NCBI GenBank assembly: GCA_038150305.1
Contig: JAYOTG010000009.1
Location: 8,479-72,478, forward strand
DNA length: 64,000 bases
Reading direction: 5' to 3'
From: Candidatus Poseidoniales archaeon
Lineage (GTDB): Archaea > Thermoplasmatota > Poseidoniia > Poseidoniales > Poseidoniaceae
A program made the translations under genes and the position numbers. The notes beneath the pieces are model-generated. The model was not told the origin of the DNA, searched no databases, and was given only the letters and a program-made list of their open reading frames with translations. Positions 18,198 through 26,544 of this stretch are shown here, in pieces. Position 1 is the first letter of the stretch. Each line of letters opens with the position of its first letter.

Positions 18198-19013
18198 TCA
18201 TCCCTTCTGCGCCGCAGGGAAGCGTGTTCCTCGCACAGGGCGCCCCAGCATGGCCGCCTCAAGGCGGCCTTCGACTTCGCCGTTCACGAACCACGTCTCG
18301 ATGCCGTGCCGTGCGATGCTTTTGGCGCGCTGGACCTTGAGGCCAATGCCCCCGGTCACGTCCATGTCCTCGGCGTGAACGCCCACAAATTCTGCGTCGT
18401 CGTGCCAGACCTCGATCAAATCCTCTTCCGTGGCCTCATGCGGAGGCTTCCTGAGAACCCCATCGGCCCCGCCCATGGCAAACACCACGCGCGAGACGTC
18501 GGGCAATTCAACCGCACAACGGTGCACCAGATCGTCTCCGGACAGGATGCCAAATGCTGCGGGCCCTTCGACGGGGACCACATCACCCCACGTGACAGGG
18601 ACCACGTCGCTCGGTTGAAGCGGGTGAAGGTCACCGATGAAGTTCGTTCCCAAACCGACGGCCCAACGGTGTGGAGGGTGCGTGCTGGTCGCAAGGCCAG
18701 CGTCATGCAGGGCTTGCGTCACGTGCTCGGCAAGCCGCATCATGTCCTCGCGCACCCGTTCGACGGCCTCGTCTTGGTCTGTGCAGCCGTCGTTCCCTCG
18801 TGCATCCGATCGTCCATCCTCAAGGCGCCATGCTTTGGCGCGGAGGTGGCCAAATGAGCCAGCGCCATGCACGACCAGCACCCGGACGCCCTGATGCGCT
18901 GCGGCTGCAATCTCCTTCGCCAAGCGGTTCAATCGGTCCGCATGAACGGTGGTCATACGCGACTTTTCCGTGATCAGGCCACCCCCGAGTTTCACCACAA
19001 CGGCGGGGGGCAT
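18198..19013 (-). CDS. ipk: Isopentenyl phosphate kinase (amino-acid-kinase fold)
   Basis: VVKLGGGLIT, VLVVHGAGSFGH, GDVV, ILSGDDL, DVTGGI motifs. Start at the internal ATG just before KLGGG. Confidence 0.75.
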   Translation of the reverse strand: MPPAVVVKLGGGLITEKSRMTTVHADRLNRLAKEIAAAAHQGVRVLVVHGAGSFGHLRAKAWRLEDGRSDARGNDGCTDQDEAVERVREDMMRLAEHVTQALHDAGLATSTHPPHRWAVGLGTNFIGDLHPLQPSDVVPVTWGDVVPVEGPAAFGILSGDDLVHRCAVELPDVSRVVFAMGGADGVLRKPPHEATEEDLIEVWHDDAEFVGVHAEDMDVTGGIGLKVQRAKSIARHGIETWFVNGEVEGRLEAAMLGRPVRGTRFPAAQKG

Positions 19014-19087
19014 GGTGGGTCCACGGCCCGCCGCTTCATGAGGGTGCCTCGCGAGGATTGAAGACGGACCGCACTCACAGAGCACCC

Positions 19088-19414
19088 ATGGGCGACGAAG
19101 CAACGGTGGACGTGTTCATGCGTCATCTGCAGGCTGAACTCGAAGCCACGGCGTCCATCGCTGACGCCGTTGAGCGTGAACAGCGCCGCCGGCAACTGGA
19201 AGCCGCGCTCCAAGAGGCGATGCGCTTTCTGGCCGCGTACGGCGAGCGCGTTCGTTTGGGCTTGGACCCAACCCAGGTCGTGCGCCCTCAACAGCGCACC
19301 GTCGAATCCGAGGTCCGCGAAACGATGTCGACCTTGGCGGCTGGCGTCTGCGAGACGTGCGGTGCCATGCTCGATCCTGAGCTGGACTTCTGCCCAGCCT
19401 GTGGCGCGCGGTAA
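19088..19414 (+). CDS. Hypothetical coiled-coil protein with C-terminal zinc ribbon
   Basis: CETCG-x10-CPACG at the C-terminus. Its stop codon directly abuts the convergent kptA stop. Confidence 0.45.
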   Translation: MGDEATVDVFMRHLQAELEATASIADAVEREQRRRQLEAALQEAMRFLAAYGERVRLGLDPTQVVRPQQRTVESEVRETMSTLAAGVCETCGAMLDPELDFCPACGAR

Positions 19415-20125
19415 TCACTCTTCTTCGTCCCAGCGGGCGAAGGTTTCCTGGACGATGGGGTCGTCTTCGCCAACGGGGTACAGGGCCGCAGGTGGGACCT
19501 CGTCGGTGAGGAACACGGTGGTTCCAGCACGGTAGATGGTGTGCCCGTCAGCGATGGCGCGGATGGTGTCCACTTCGATGATCGAGGGACGTCCGATGCG
19601 CACGTGCCCGGCCTCCAGGGCGTTGGCGATGGTGCGCGAGAGGTGGATGTGCTTGCGGTCGCCCGACAGGATGCCGAACTTGAGCAGGGATTCGACCTCA
19701 CTGGCTTCGCAGGGCCAATACAGCGCCTCGGGAATGTCGTCCGTGGGCAGGTCGAGTTCGATTTCGATGGAGTGGCCGTAGGTGGCGCGGATCATCTCGT
19801 TCTCCACTTGCCAGCGTCCCTTCTCGTCCGCGTTGGCGATGGCCTCGAAGTGCCATGCGCGCACCCAGTGCAGGTGGCGGCGGCTGTCGGCGATGGCCTT
19901 GGACAGTTCGCGGGTCTCGACCCAGCCATTGATGTCCATGTCGACGTTGAACTTTTCCGGAGCGTGGCGCAGCACGAGGGCCAAAATTCGGCCAACGGCG
20001 TTGGCTTCGCGGTCCGACATGATGAATTTCCCTTCCTCGTTGCAGACCGGGCAGTTCGTTCCAGAGAAATGACCGTGCTCTCGACACTGGCGCAGCATGA
20101 TTTCCCGCCCCCGCGCGTGGTTCAT
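19415..20125 (-). CDS. kptA: RNA 2'-phosphotransferase KptA/Tpt1 with N-terminal zinc knuckle
   Basis: LALVLRHAPEKF, D-NGWV, RATYGHS, HIHLS and the remaining Tpt1 pattern. N-terminal C-x2-H...CPVC. An alternative ATG exists at 20098. Confidence 0.8.
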   Translation of the reverse strand: MNHARGREIMLRQCREHGHFSGTNCPVCNEEGKFIMSDREANAVGRILALVLRHAPEKFNVDMDINGWVETRELSKAIADSRRHLHWVRAWHFEAIANADEKGRWQVENEMIRATYGHSIEIELDLPTDDIPEALYWPCEASEVESLLKFGILSGDRKHIHLSRTIANALEAGHVRIGRPSIIEVDTIRAIADGHTIYRAGTTVFLTDEVPPAALYPVGEDDPIVQETFARWDEEE

Positions 20126-20181
20126 AGCATCATCGGCCTCGGCCACCGTGATGGTCAAGTGCCGGGGGTGGATGGAGACAC

Positions 20182-21351
20182 ATGGTCGACGTCGCGATGG
20201 TCGGCGCAGGACAAACGCCCTACGGCACGCATCCAGCCGCGATGAAGGACATGTGGGCCGATGCGGTGCGCGCCTGTTTCGACACGATCGACGGTGACCT
20301 TGCCCCCGCTTCGGTGGACGAGGTCTTCCTCGGTTCGACCGCTTTTGGCGGGGGCCAGCTCGGCAACACGGCGGCCTACCTCGCCGAGCATGCAGGCATG
20401 GCCGGCGTCCCCGCCCGGCGCATTGAGAACGCCTGTGCATCCTCCGGATTTGCGCTGCGCGACGGTTGGGCGGCGATCGCCAGCGGTCGCGCAGACGTGG
20501 TCGTGGTTGGCGGCGTGGAGAAAATGAACGACCTCACGCCGGAACGGAAGCGGTACTGGCTCGGCGTGTCCGGCGACACCGAATGGGAACGTTTGGCCGG
20601 CTTGACCTTTCCTGGTACTTACGCGCTGATGGCGCGGAGGCACATGCACGAACACGGTTCAACCCACGACGATTTGGTCCACATCAGCGTCAAGAATCAC
20701 GCGCATGCCTTGGAGAACCCTGTTGCGCATCTGCGTAAGGACGTCTCCTTTGAGAAAGCCGCCGGCGGGATGGTCATCGCGGATCCCTTGACCCTGTACG
20801 ACTGCTGCCCGACCTCGGACGGTGCGGCTTGTGTGGTGCTGGCTTCTGCCGATGTGGCTCGCACATTGACGGACACACCGGTGTGGATGCGGGGCAGTGG
20901 AGCGGCCTCCGACCATCTCGCCCTGCACGACAGGCCCAGCCTCACGACCCTTGCTGCAACCCGTTCGGCTGCCTCCCAGGCCTATGCGCAGTCCGGAATC
21001 ACTGCGTCGGATCTCGACCTGGTCGAGGTGCACGATTGCTTTACCGTCGCGGAATTGTTGGCCACCGAAGACCTCGGACTGACCGAACGCGGTCAAGGCG
21101 GCGTTTTCGCTCGCGACGGTGAAGGCCGACGCAACGAAGGCCGGACCACGGTGAATGGCTCTGGCGGATTGAAGGCCAAGGGGCACCCGCTGGGTGCAAC
21201 CGGAGCCGGACAAGCGGTCGAGGTGTTCAAGCAATTGCGTGGCGACGCCGGTCCGCGTCAAGTCCGTGATGCCGAGGTCGGTCTCACGCACAACGTCGGT
21301 GGCTCAGGTGCCACCTGTGCAGTTCACGTGTTCGGGAGGTCGCTTGAATGA
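20182..21351 (+). CDS. Archaeal-type thiolase (acetyl-CoA C-acetyltransferase)
   Basis: RIENACASSG active-site Cys context, VVVGGVEKM, EVHDCFT, and C-terminal GH-LGATG and NVGGSG. Confidence 0.85.
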   Translation: MVDVAMVGAGQTPYGTHPAAMKDMWADAVRACFDTIDGDLAPASVDEVFLGSTAFGGGQLGNTAAYLAEHAGMAGVPARRIENACASSGFALRDGWAAIASGRADVVVVGGVEKMNDLTPERKRYWLGVSGDTEWERLAGLTFPGTYALMARRHMHEHGSTHDDLVHISVKNHAHALENPVAHLRKDVSFEKAAGGMVIADPLTLYDCCPTSDGAACVVLASADVARTLTDTPVWMRGSGAASDHLALHDRPSLTTLAATRSAASQAYAQSGITASDLDLVEVHDCFTVAELLATEDLGLTERGQGGVFARDGEGRRNEGRTTVNGSGGLKAKGHPLGATGAGQAVEVFKQLRGDAGPRQVRDAEVGLTHNVGGSGATCAVHVFGRSLE

Positions 21352-22166
21352 TCCTTGACGCGCGCGTGGCGGGAAACGCTACAGGCAGCGTCGATGATGG
21401 GGTCGTCGTCGCCTCCGTGTTCCATGTCGGAGACCGTCGCGTGCATGGCCCAGATGCCGATGACCTCACGATCCTCATCGATGCCCTCGAAGCTTGGCGG
21501 TACCGCGGGCATGATGGTCCTGTGGAGCTTGACCTCAACGAAGAAGAGCGACCGATCGTGGCTGCAAGCCTGCCGTGGCTGATCGTGGATGAGGGTGCAC
21601 AGTACGTGGCGCTCCGATTCCAGTGTGGTGCAGCCGTGTTGGGTCGCGATGCGAGCATCGACATTGCTGCGATCTCCGTTGCTGCCGAACTTCGCATCGC
21701 GGTCGAGGCCGACGCCCATGAAGCCATCACCGCCGCATGGTCCACGGAGCTGGCAGCATCCAACGTCTCTCAAGGCGCCTACGTTTCCGGTCAGGTGCAC
21801 GACTTGGGCCTCAATGCCCGGTTGGGCATGCAAGCCCAAGCCGGGCCGGTTTGGCCTCCGCGTGGGTCCCTCGGCGATGGCGGGTTGCCGGAGCAGGGTG
21901 CTTGCCTGTCCATGACCGCACGTGTGGTCTCATGGACGCGCCTCATCGCGGCGGGATGCCCCTCCGAGTTTGCCATTCGGGCTCCGGCCCTTGGCGGCCT
22001 CACGTCGATGATCCTCTCGTTCGAGGAGGGGCCCTCTGGCGTGTTCCTCCATGTGGACGGTCATGCAAACGACGTGAGCATCGACGATGTCGCGCAGCTT
22101 GTGGTGCGGCGCGTCTACGCACAGGATGGCGTGCTCCGTTATGGGCGCAAGGCGATTCGCGCCTGA
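21348..22166 (+). CDS. DUF35/OB-fold-like thiolase-associated protein, atypical (long N-terminal extension, no zinc-ribbon cysteines)
   Basis: ATGA overlap with the thiolase stop. The C-terminal ~95 aa (ARVVSWTRL...FAIRAPALGGLTSMILSFEEGPSGVFLHVDG...VVRRVY) look like the DUF35 OB-fold. The N-terminal ~170 aa are not recognised. Confidence 0.45.
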   Translation: MILDARVAGNATGSVDDGVVVASVFHVGDRRVHGPDADDLTILIDALEAWRYRGHDGPVELDLNEEERPIVAASLPWLIVDEGAQYVALRFQCGAAVLGRDASIDIAAISVAAELRIAVEADAHEAITAAWSTELAASNVSQGAYVSGQVHDLGLNARLGMQAQAGPVWPPRGSLGDGGLPEQGACLSMTARVVSWTRLIAAGCPSEFAIRAPALGGLTSMILSFEEGPSGVFLHVDGHANDVSIDDVAQLVVRRVYAQDGVLRYGRKAIRA

Positions 22167-22207
22167 CCATGGACACCTTGAAGTCCGGTCTCGGTTCATC
22201 GTGAAGC

Positions 22208-23221
22208 ATGGCTGGATACAATCCCCGCCGTGGTCGACGCGAAGCAGCAGACAATCTCGCCGTCGACGAGGAGGGGGATTGCCCACGCTGCGGTGGGGAC
22301 GCGCAGCCTTCGACGATGTCTGGTTACCTCGCTTGCTCAAAGTGCAGTTACGAATGGGCGGATCCAAACCACGTGGAACAAAGGGCGGGTCCAACACGTG
22401 ACGACCACCATTACAACGCCGGCTTGGTCGACCAATTCAAGCAAGACCTCCAATCGGGGGAACTGCGCGGCATGCTTGGGATCGACAAGGGCCTCTCGGG
22501 TGAGCAGGAAGCCAGCCTCAAGCGGTTGGAAGACAAGTGGATGAGCGGCATGCAGGGTCACTTCAACGCCGCTGCCGAGGAGCGAAAGCCGTTGATGATC
22601 AGTTTCGATGACGACGACAACATCGTGTCCACTCACGTCGCCGCCTTCCATATCCTGACCAACGATTTCGACGGAGGGGAAGAACTCCGCTTGGAGTATC
22701 CCGGCTACGGCACGGAATTCTACGCCTACAACGAATCCAGCCCAACAGGATGGAAGCGTGGCCGCACCAAAGAGGACACCGCTCGCTCGATCACGAACAC
22801 CATCAACCGCCATTCACGCTTGGTGTATGCGAACCTCGAAGGCAGCAGCATTCAGCTGGAGTTGAGGGAAGAGAGCCTCAAGGCGAGCGCCCTCGTGGTG
22901 TTTGCTGACGATCCCGGTGGCCAGGACATCGTCGCCGAAAAGGGCGGCATTCGGCTCGACCACCGGGAAATTCAGGTCATTGACGACTACAAGAGCGTGG
23001 TTGAACTCGTGCTTGAAGACGGCATCATCTCTCCCTCCGAAGACCAACTGCTCTGGGCGATGCGCCAGCAACTTGGCATCGACGATCACCACCACGTGTC
23101 CATCGTCATGCAGATGTTTGGCGATCAAGCTCAGAAAGAATGCACGGGCTGCTCGGGCATGGCCGAGCTTTACCCCGAGCATGCGGCATGGTATTGCCAC
23201 ACCTGTGAAGCGTGGTGCTGA
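22208..23221 (+). CDS. Hypothetical protein with N- and C-terminal zinc ribbons
   Basis: CPRCG-x15-CSKC near the N-terminus and CTGC-x13-CHTC at the C-terminus. Acidic central region. Lies immediately upstream of the actin-like gene. Confidence 0.55.
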   Translation: MAGYNPRRGRREAADNLAVDEEGDCPRCGGDAQPSTMSGYLACSKCSYEWADPNHVEQRAGPTRDDHHYNAGLVDQFKQDLQSGELRGMLGIDKGLSGEQEASLKRLEDKWMSGMQGHFNAAAEERKPLMISFDDDDNIVSTHVAAFHILTNDFDGGEELRLEYPGYGTEFYAYNESSPTGWKRGRTKEDTARSITNTINRHSRLVYANLEGSSIQLELREESLKASALVVFADDPGGQDIVAEKGGIRLDHREIQVIDDYKSVVELVLEDGIISPSEDQLLWAMRQQLGIDDHHHVSIVMQMFGDQAQKECTGCSGMAELYPEHAAWYCHTCEAWC

Positions 23222-23272
23222 CCTCAAATCAGCCAAGGGATGGTTCATAAGCGAAACCACGCTCGTGGGCCC

Positions 23273-24298
23273 ATGGCCAAAGAGACGCTTTACATTGGAA
23301 TCGACCTCGGAACCTTCCGTTCCGTCATGGTGTCCTCCGCTTCCCACGAAGTGGAAGAGTTGACCGTCATTGGAACCCCCAAGGACCCCGTCGCCCGCAA
23401 CTTCCTGAAGCGCGACGTGCTCTTCGGTGAGGAGGCGCTCAAGAACCGTTTGGCGCTGAACCTCTACCGTCCTCTCGAACTTGGTGTCATCAAGGACACC
23501 CCCGAGGACCGGCAGTACATCGCCCACTTCATCACCCACCTCATCGGCCTGTCCGACCCCGAGGACTACGACCGCGTGGTCGCCGTCATCGGTGCCCCGG
23601 CCGAAGCGAGCCACGTCGACAAGACGGCCATCTTCGACGCTGCTGCAGGCTCCGTGAACGCCGCCATGATCATCTCCGAACCCTTTGCTGTGGCCTACGC
23701 CCTCGACATGTTGGAGCACACCCTGGTCATCGACATCGGTGCGGGTACGACCGACCTGTGCCGCGTCTACGGAACCATTCCTGGCCCCGGAGACCAGATG
23801 CACACGGGCTACGCTGGCGACTACGTCGACAGCCAGATCATCAAGGAAGTCCAAGCCAAGTACAACGGCGCCCAGGTCACCAAGGACATGGCACGCCGCT
23901 GGAAGGAACAGCACTCCTTCGTGTCCACCTCGCCGCCTGAGGACCCCATCATGGTGGACTTCTCCATCGAAGGCAAGGCCATGACCCTCGACATCACCGA
24001 CTGCGTTCAGCGCGCGTGCGAGTCCATCGTCGACCCCATCGTCGAGAACGTCAAGAGGCTCATTTCCGAGTCCAACCCGGAGTTCCACGACCAATTCCGT
24101 CGCAACATGGTGCTCGCCGGTGGCGGTTCTGGCATCCGTGGCCTCGGCGCCATGATTGAGCGTCGTCTCTCCGACATGGGTGACGTCAACGTCCACGTCG
24201 TCGACGACCCTGTTCGCTTGGGTGCCATGGGCGGTCTGCGCTTGTCCATGGAAGTCCCCGAGGACATGTGGAAGAACCTCACCCTCGCGTCCCGCTGA
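23273..24298 (+). CDS. Actin-fold ATPase, MamK-like (MreB/ParM superfamily)
   Basis: IGIDLGT (phosphate 1), VIGAPAEAS, SEPFAVAYALD, VIDIGAGTTDLC (phosphate 2), GTIPGPGDQ, KEQHSFV and LAGGGSGIRGL (adenosine). Colinear with my memory of Magnetospirillum MamK. Confidence 0.75.
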   Translation: MAKETLYIGIDLGTFRSVMVSSASHEVEELTVIGTPKDPVARNFLKRDVLFGEEALKNRLALNLYRPLELGVIKDTPEDRQYIAHFITHLIGLSDPEDYDRVVAVIGAPAEASHVDKTAIFDAAAGSVNAAMIISEPFAVAYALDMLEHTLVIDIGAGTTDLCRVYGTIPGPGDQMHTGYAGDYVDSQIIKEVQAKYNGAQVTKDMARRWKEQHSFVSTSPPEDPIMVDFSIEGKAMTLDITDCVQRACESIVDPIVENVKRLISESNPEFHDQFRRNMVLAGGGSGIRGLGAMIERRLSDMGDVNVHVVDDPVRLGAMGGLRLSMEVPEDMWKNLTLASR

Positions 24299-24359
24299 GC
24301 GGATTTTGGGACGTCCAGTGCGACTAGGCCCCCGTCCAGGAGCCTCGGCAACAGGCCGT

Positions 24360-25052
24360 TTACGACGGTAGTTCTCGGACCTCGGCGTCCTTGTCCAGCC
24401 GCATGACCTCGCCAATAAGGTCGGCTTTTCGTGCCGTGGGCACCTCGACGACCGCGACCCAAGCCCCGTCGCTCAACCATTCCTCCCGCTTGAGGTCTGA
24501 ACGCAGCATCTGGTGCGCGCGTCCGTAGGCGCCGCCGTTGACCTTGAAGGCCAACTTGATTCGCTCAAACGAAAGGGGAAGAAGCGGCTTCAGCACGTTG
24601 ATGGCGTCCTTGACTTGGGCCTCAAGGCGCTTGAAGGGATCCACGGAGAAGCGGCTTTCCTCCAACGCAAGTTCCAGACGTGCCCTCGGATGGGGCGACT
24701 TCGTGCGCGGGTCCACGGCTTCGCTGTGAATGTGGTGGAGGATGCGCTGGCGCATCGCTTCGACGCGAGCCTTCCGTTGTGCCGTGGTCAACTGGATGCT
24801 GCCACGTTCGAGGATGGTTCGTGTCGCTTCGGCGACGTCCTCGCTGCCGAAGGTGGACACGAGGTCTTCCACCGCGGGCCGCTCGCCCTGTCGGGCGTCG
24901 TGAAAGACGTCTTCGACGGCCATGAAATCGTCGAGGTTGACCGACGTGGGGTCTTCTCGAAAAGCCTCGACCATGTCCGGGTCAAGCAGCACCTCGTATC
25001 GCTTGCCGCCGTACTCCCAGCGCGCGACCACCGCGTCGTCGAGGGAGACCAT
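24360..25052 (-). CDS. sdo1: Ribosome maturation protein Sdo1/SBDS
   Basis: The MVSLDDAVVARWEYGGKRYEVLLDPD start is typical of archaeal SBDS. Located downstream of psmA, as in the exosome superoperon. Confidence 0.85.
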   Translation of the reverse strand: MVSLDDAVVARWEYGGKRYEVLLDPDMVEAFREDPTSVNLDDFMAVEDVFHDARQGERPAVEDLVSTFGSEDVAEATRTILERGSIQLTTAQRKARVEAMRQRILHHIHSEAVDPRTKSPHPRARLELALEESRFSVDPFKRLEAQVKDAINVLKPLLPLSFERIKLAFKVNGGAYGRAHQMLRSDLKREEWLSDGAWVAVVEVPTARKADLIGEVMRLDKDAEVRELPS

Positions 25053-25066
25053 GCACGGTCACCGCT

Positions 25067-25789
25067 TCACTCGTCGATGGGCTTGAGCCGGTCGATCTGC
25101 TTGTTGACCGCGGCACGGTCCAGCACGTTGTAGCCGTCGGCCGTGATGGTCGCGACCTCGACGGCTTCCCGGTTGAGGTTGCTGTCGTTGGCGTGCTGCA
25201 AGGCTTCGAGGCCCAGCTTCATCGCGGCGTTCAGGGTCAGCCCCTCCTTCCACTTCTGCTCAAAGAATTCAATCACGCTGTTGCGGCCGCTGCCGATCGC
25301 ACCAGCGTGATAGCTCTGATAGGCGCCCGAGGGGTCGGTCTCGTAGAGGTGGATGCCTTCGTCGTCAACACCGCCGATGAGCAGGGCGGTGCCGAAGGGG
25401 CGGGAGCCGCCGTATTGGGTGAAGGACTGCTTGAAGTCGCAGATTTTCTTCACCAAGACGTCCACGGGGATCGTGTCCGCGTACGTGATGCGGTTGATTT
25501 GGGCTTCCACGCGAGCACGACCCACGAGTTGGCGGGCGTCGGCCACGAGACCGGAGGTCGCGACACCAACGTGCTCGTCGACCTTGAACACCTTCTCGAT
25601 GGACTCGGGGATGATCAGGCGTGAGATGATGCGCTTGTCGCAGACCAGCACCACACCGTCGCGGAACTTCAGTCCAGCCGTGGTGGTGCCGCGCTTGACG
25701 GACTCCCGGGCGTACTCGACTTGGAACAGTCGGCCGTCTGGGCTGAAGGTGGTAATGCCGTGGTCGTAACCTCGTCCGCTGGGTTGCAT
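25067..25789 (-). CDS. psmA: Proteasome subunit alpha
   Basis: GYDHGITTFSPDGRLFQVEYA signature. A GGAGG Shine-Dalgarno lies 9 nt upstream of ATG 25789. Confidence 0.9.
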   Translation of the reverse strand: MQPSGRGYDHGITTFSPDGRLFQVEYARESVKRGTTTAGLKFRDGVVLVCDKRIISRLIIPESIEKVFKVDEHVGVATSGLVADARQLVGRARVEAQINRITYADTIPVDVLVKKICDFKQSFTQYGGSRPFGTALLIGGVDDEGIHLYETDPSGAYQSYHAGAIGSGRNSVIEFFEQKWKEGLTLNAAMKLGLEALQHANDSNLNREAVEVATITADGYNVLDRAAVNKQIDRLKPIDE

Positions 25790-25899
25790 GCTGTTGCCTC
25801 CAAGACGGTCGCGCCGCCTACGGTTGAAGCGCGGGTCCACCCCATTTGAACCCTCTTTCCCAAGGTCAGGCTGATGAAGGCCTTCCACCCCGCAGAAAC

Positions 25900-26544
25900 A
25901 TGCGCGTCGCGGTCCTCTCCTCCGGCGGGAAGGACTCCTCTGCGGCGTGGTGGTGGGCCACGTGCCGGGGGTGGGACGTGTGCGTCATCATCACCCTCGT
26001 GGTGGAGGGAGACTCCCCAATGTTCCAGGTGCCGAACACGCGGCTGACGGAACAGCAAGCGTCCGCCGCCGGCGTGCCGTGGGACCACCGCGTGATTGAC
26101 GGCACCGAAGGACCTGACTTCGAGGCCCTCGAAACCATGCTTTCCTCGTACCATCTGGACGGATTCATCAGCGGGGCCCTCCGTTCCGACTACCAGCGCA
26201 ACAGGCTGGAACGTCTCGGTGAAGCCTTGGGGCTGCGCACGTGGACGCCCCTTTGGCATCAGCGACCGGAAGACCATCTCCGAGGTTTGGCTGCGCACGG
26301 ATTTGAGGTCATGATCACCTCGGTTTCAGCGGAGGGCCTTGACGCGTCTTGGTTGGGGCGGGTGCTGGACGACGACGCCCTCGACGAATTGGAAGCCTTG
26401 TCCAAGGTGCACCGCTTCAACGTCGACGGCGAAGGCGGAGAGTACGAGACCTTGGTGGTGCGGGCACCAATGTTTCCCGAGGGGTTGGACGTGACATGGA
26501 CCCCCGTGTGGGACGGCCGTCGAGGGCACCTCGAGATGACGTGA
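25900..26544 (+). CDS. PP-loop ATPase of the MJ0570/Dph6 family (candidate diphthine-ammonia ligase)
   Basis: MRVAVLSSGGKDS PP-loop. ISGALRSDYQRNR, WTPLW and GEGGEYETLV motifs. Confidence 0.7.
   Translation: MRVAVLSSGGKDSSAAWWWATCRGWDVCVIITLVVEGDSPMFQVPNTRLTEQQASAAGVPWDHRVIDGTEGPDFEALETMLSSYHLDGFISGALRSDYQRNRLERLGEALGLRTWTPLWHQRPEDHLRGLAAHGFEVMITSVSAEGLDASWLGRVLDDDALDELEALSKVHRFNVDGEGGEYETLVVRAPMFPEGLDVTWTPVWDGRRGHLEMT

Noticed and set aside
22814-24415. 533-aa minus-strand ORF over the zinc-ribbon and actin-like genes
   Set aside because: It is antisense to an ORF with complete actin-fold motifs. It has no motifs of its own and has shadow-ORF composition.
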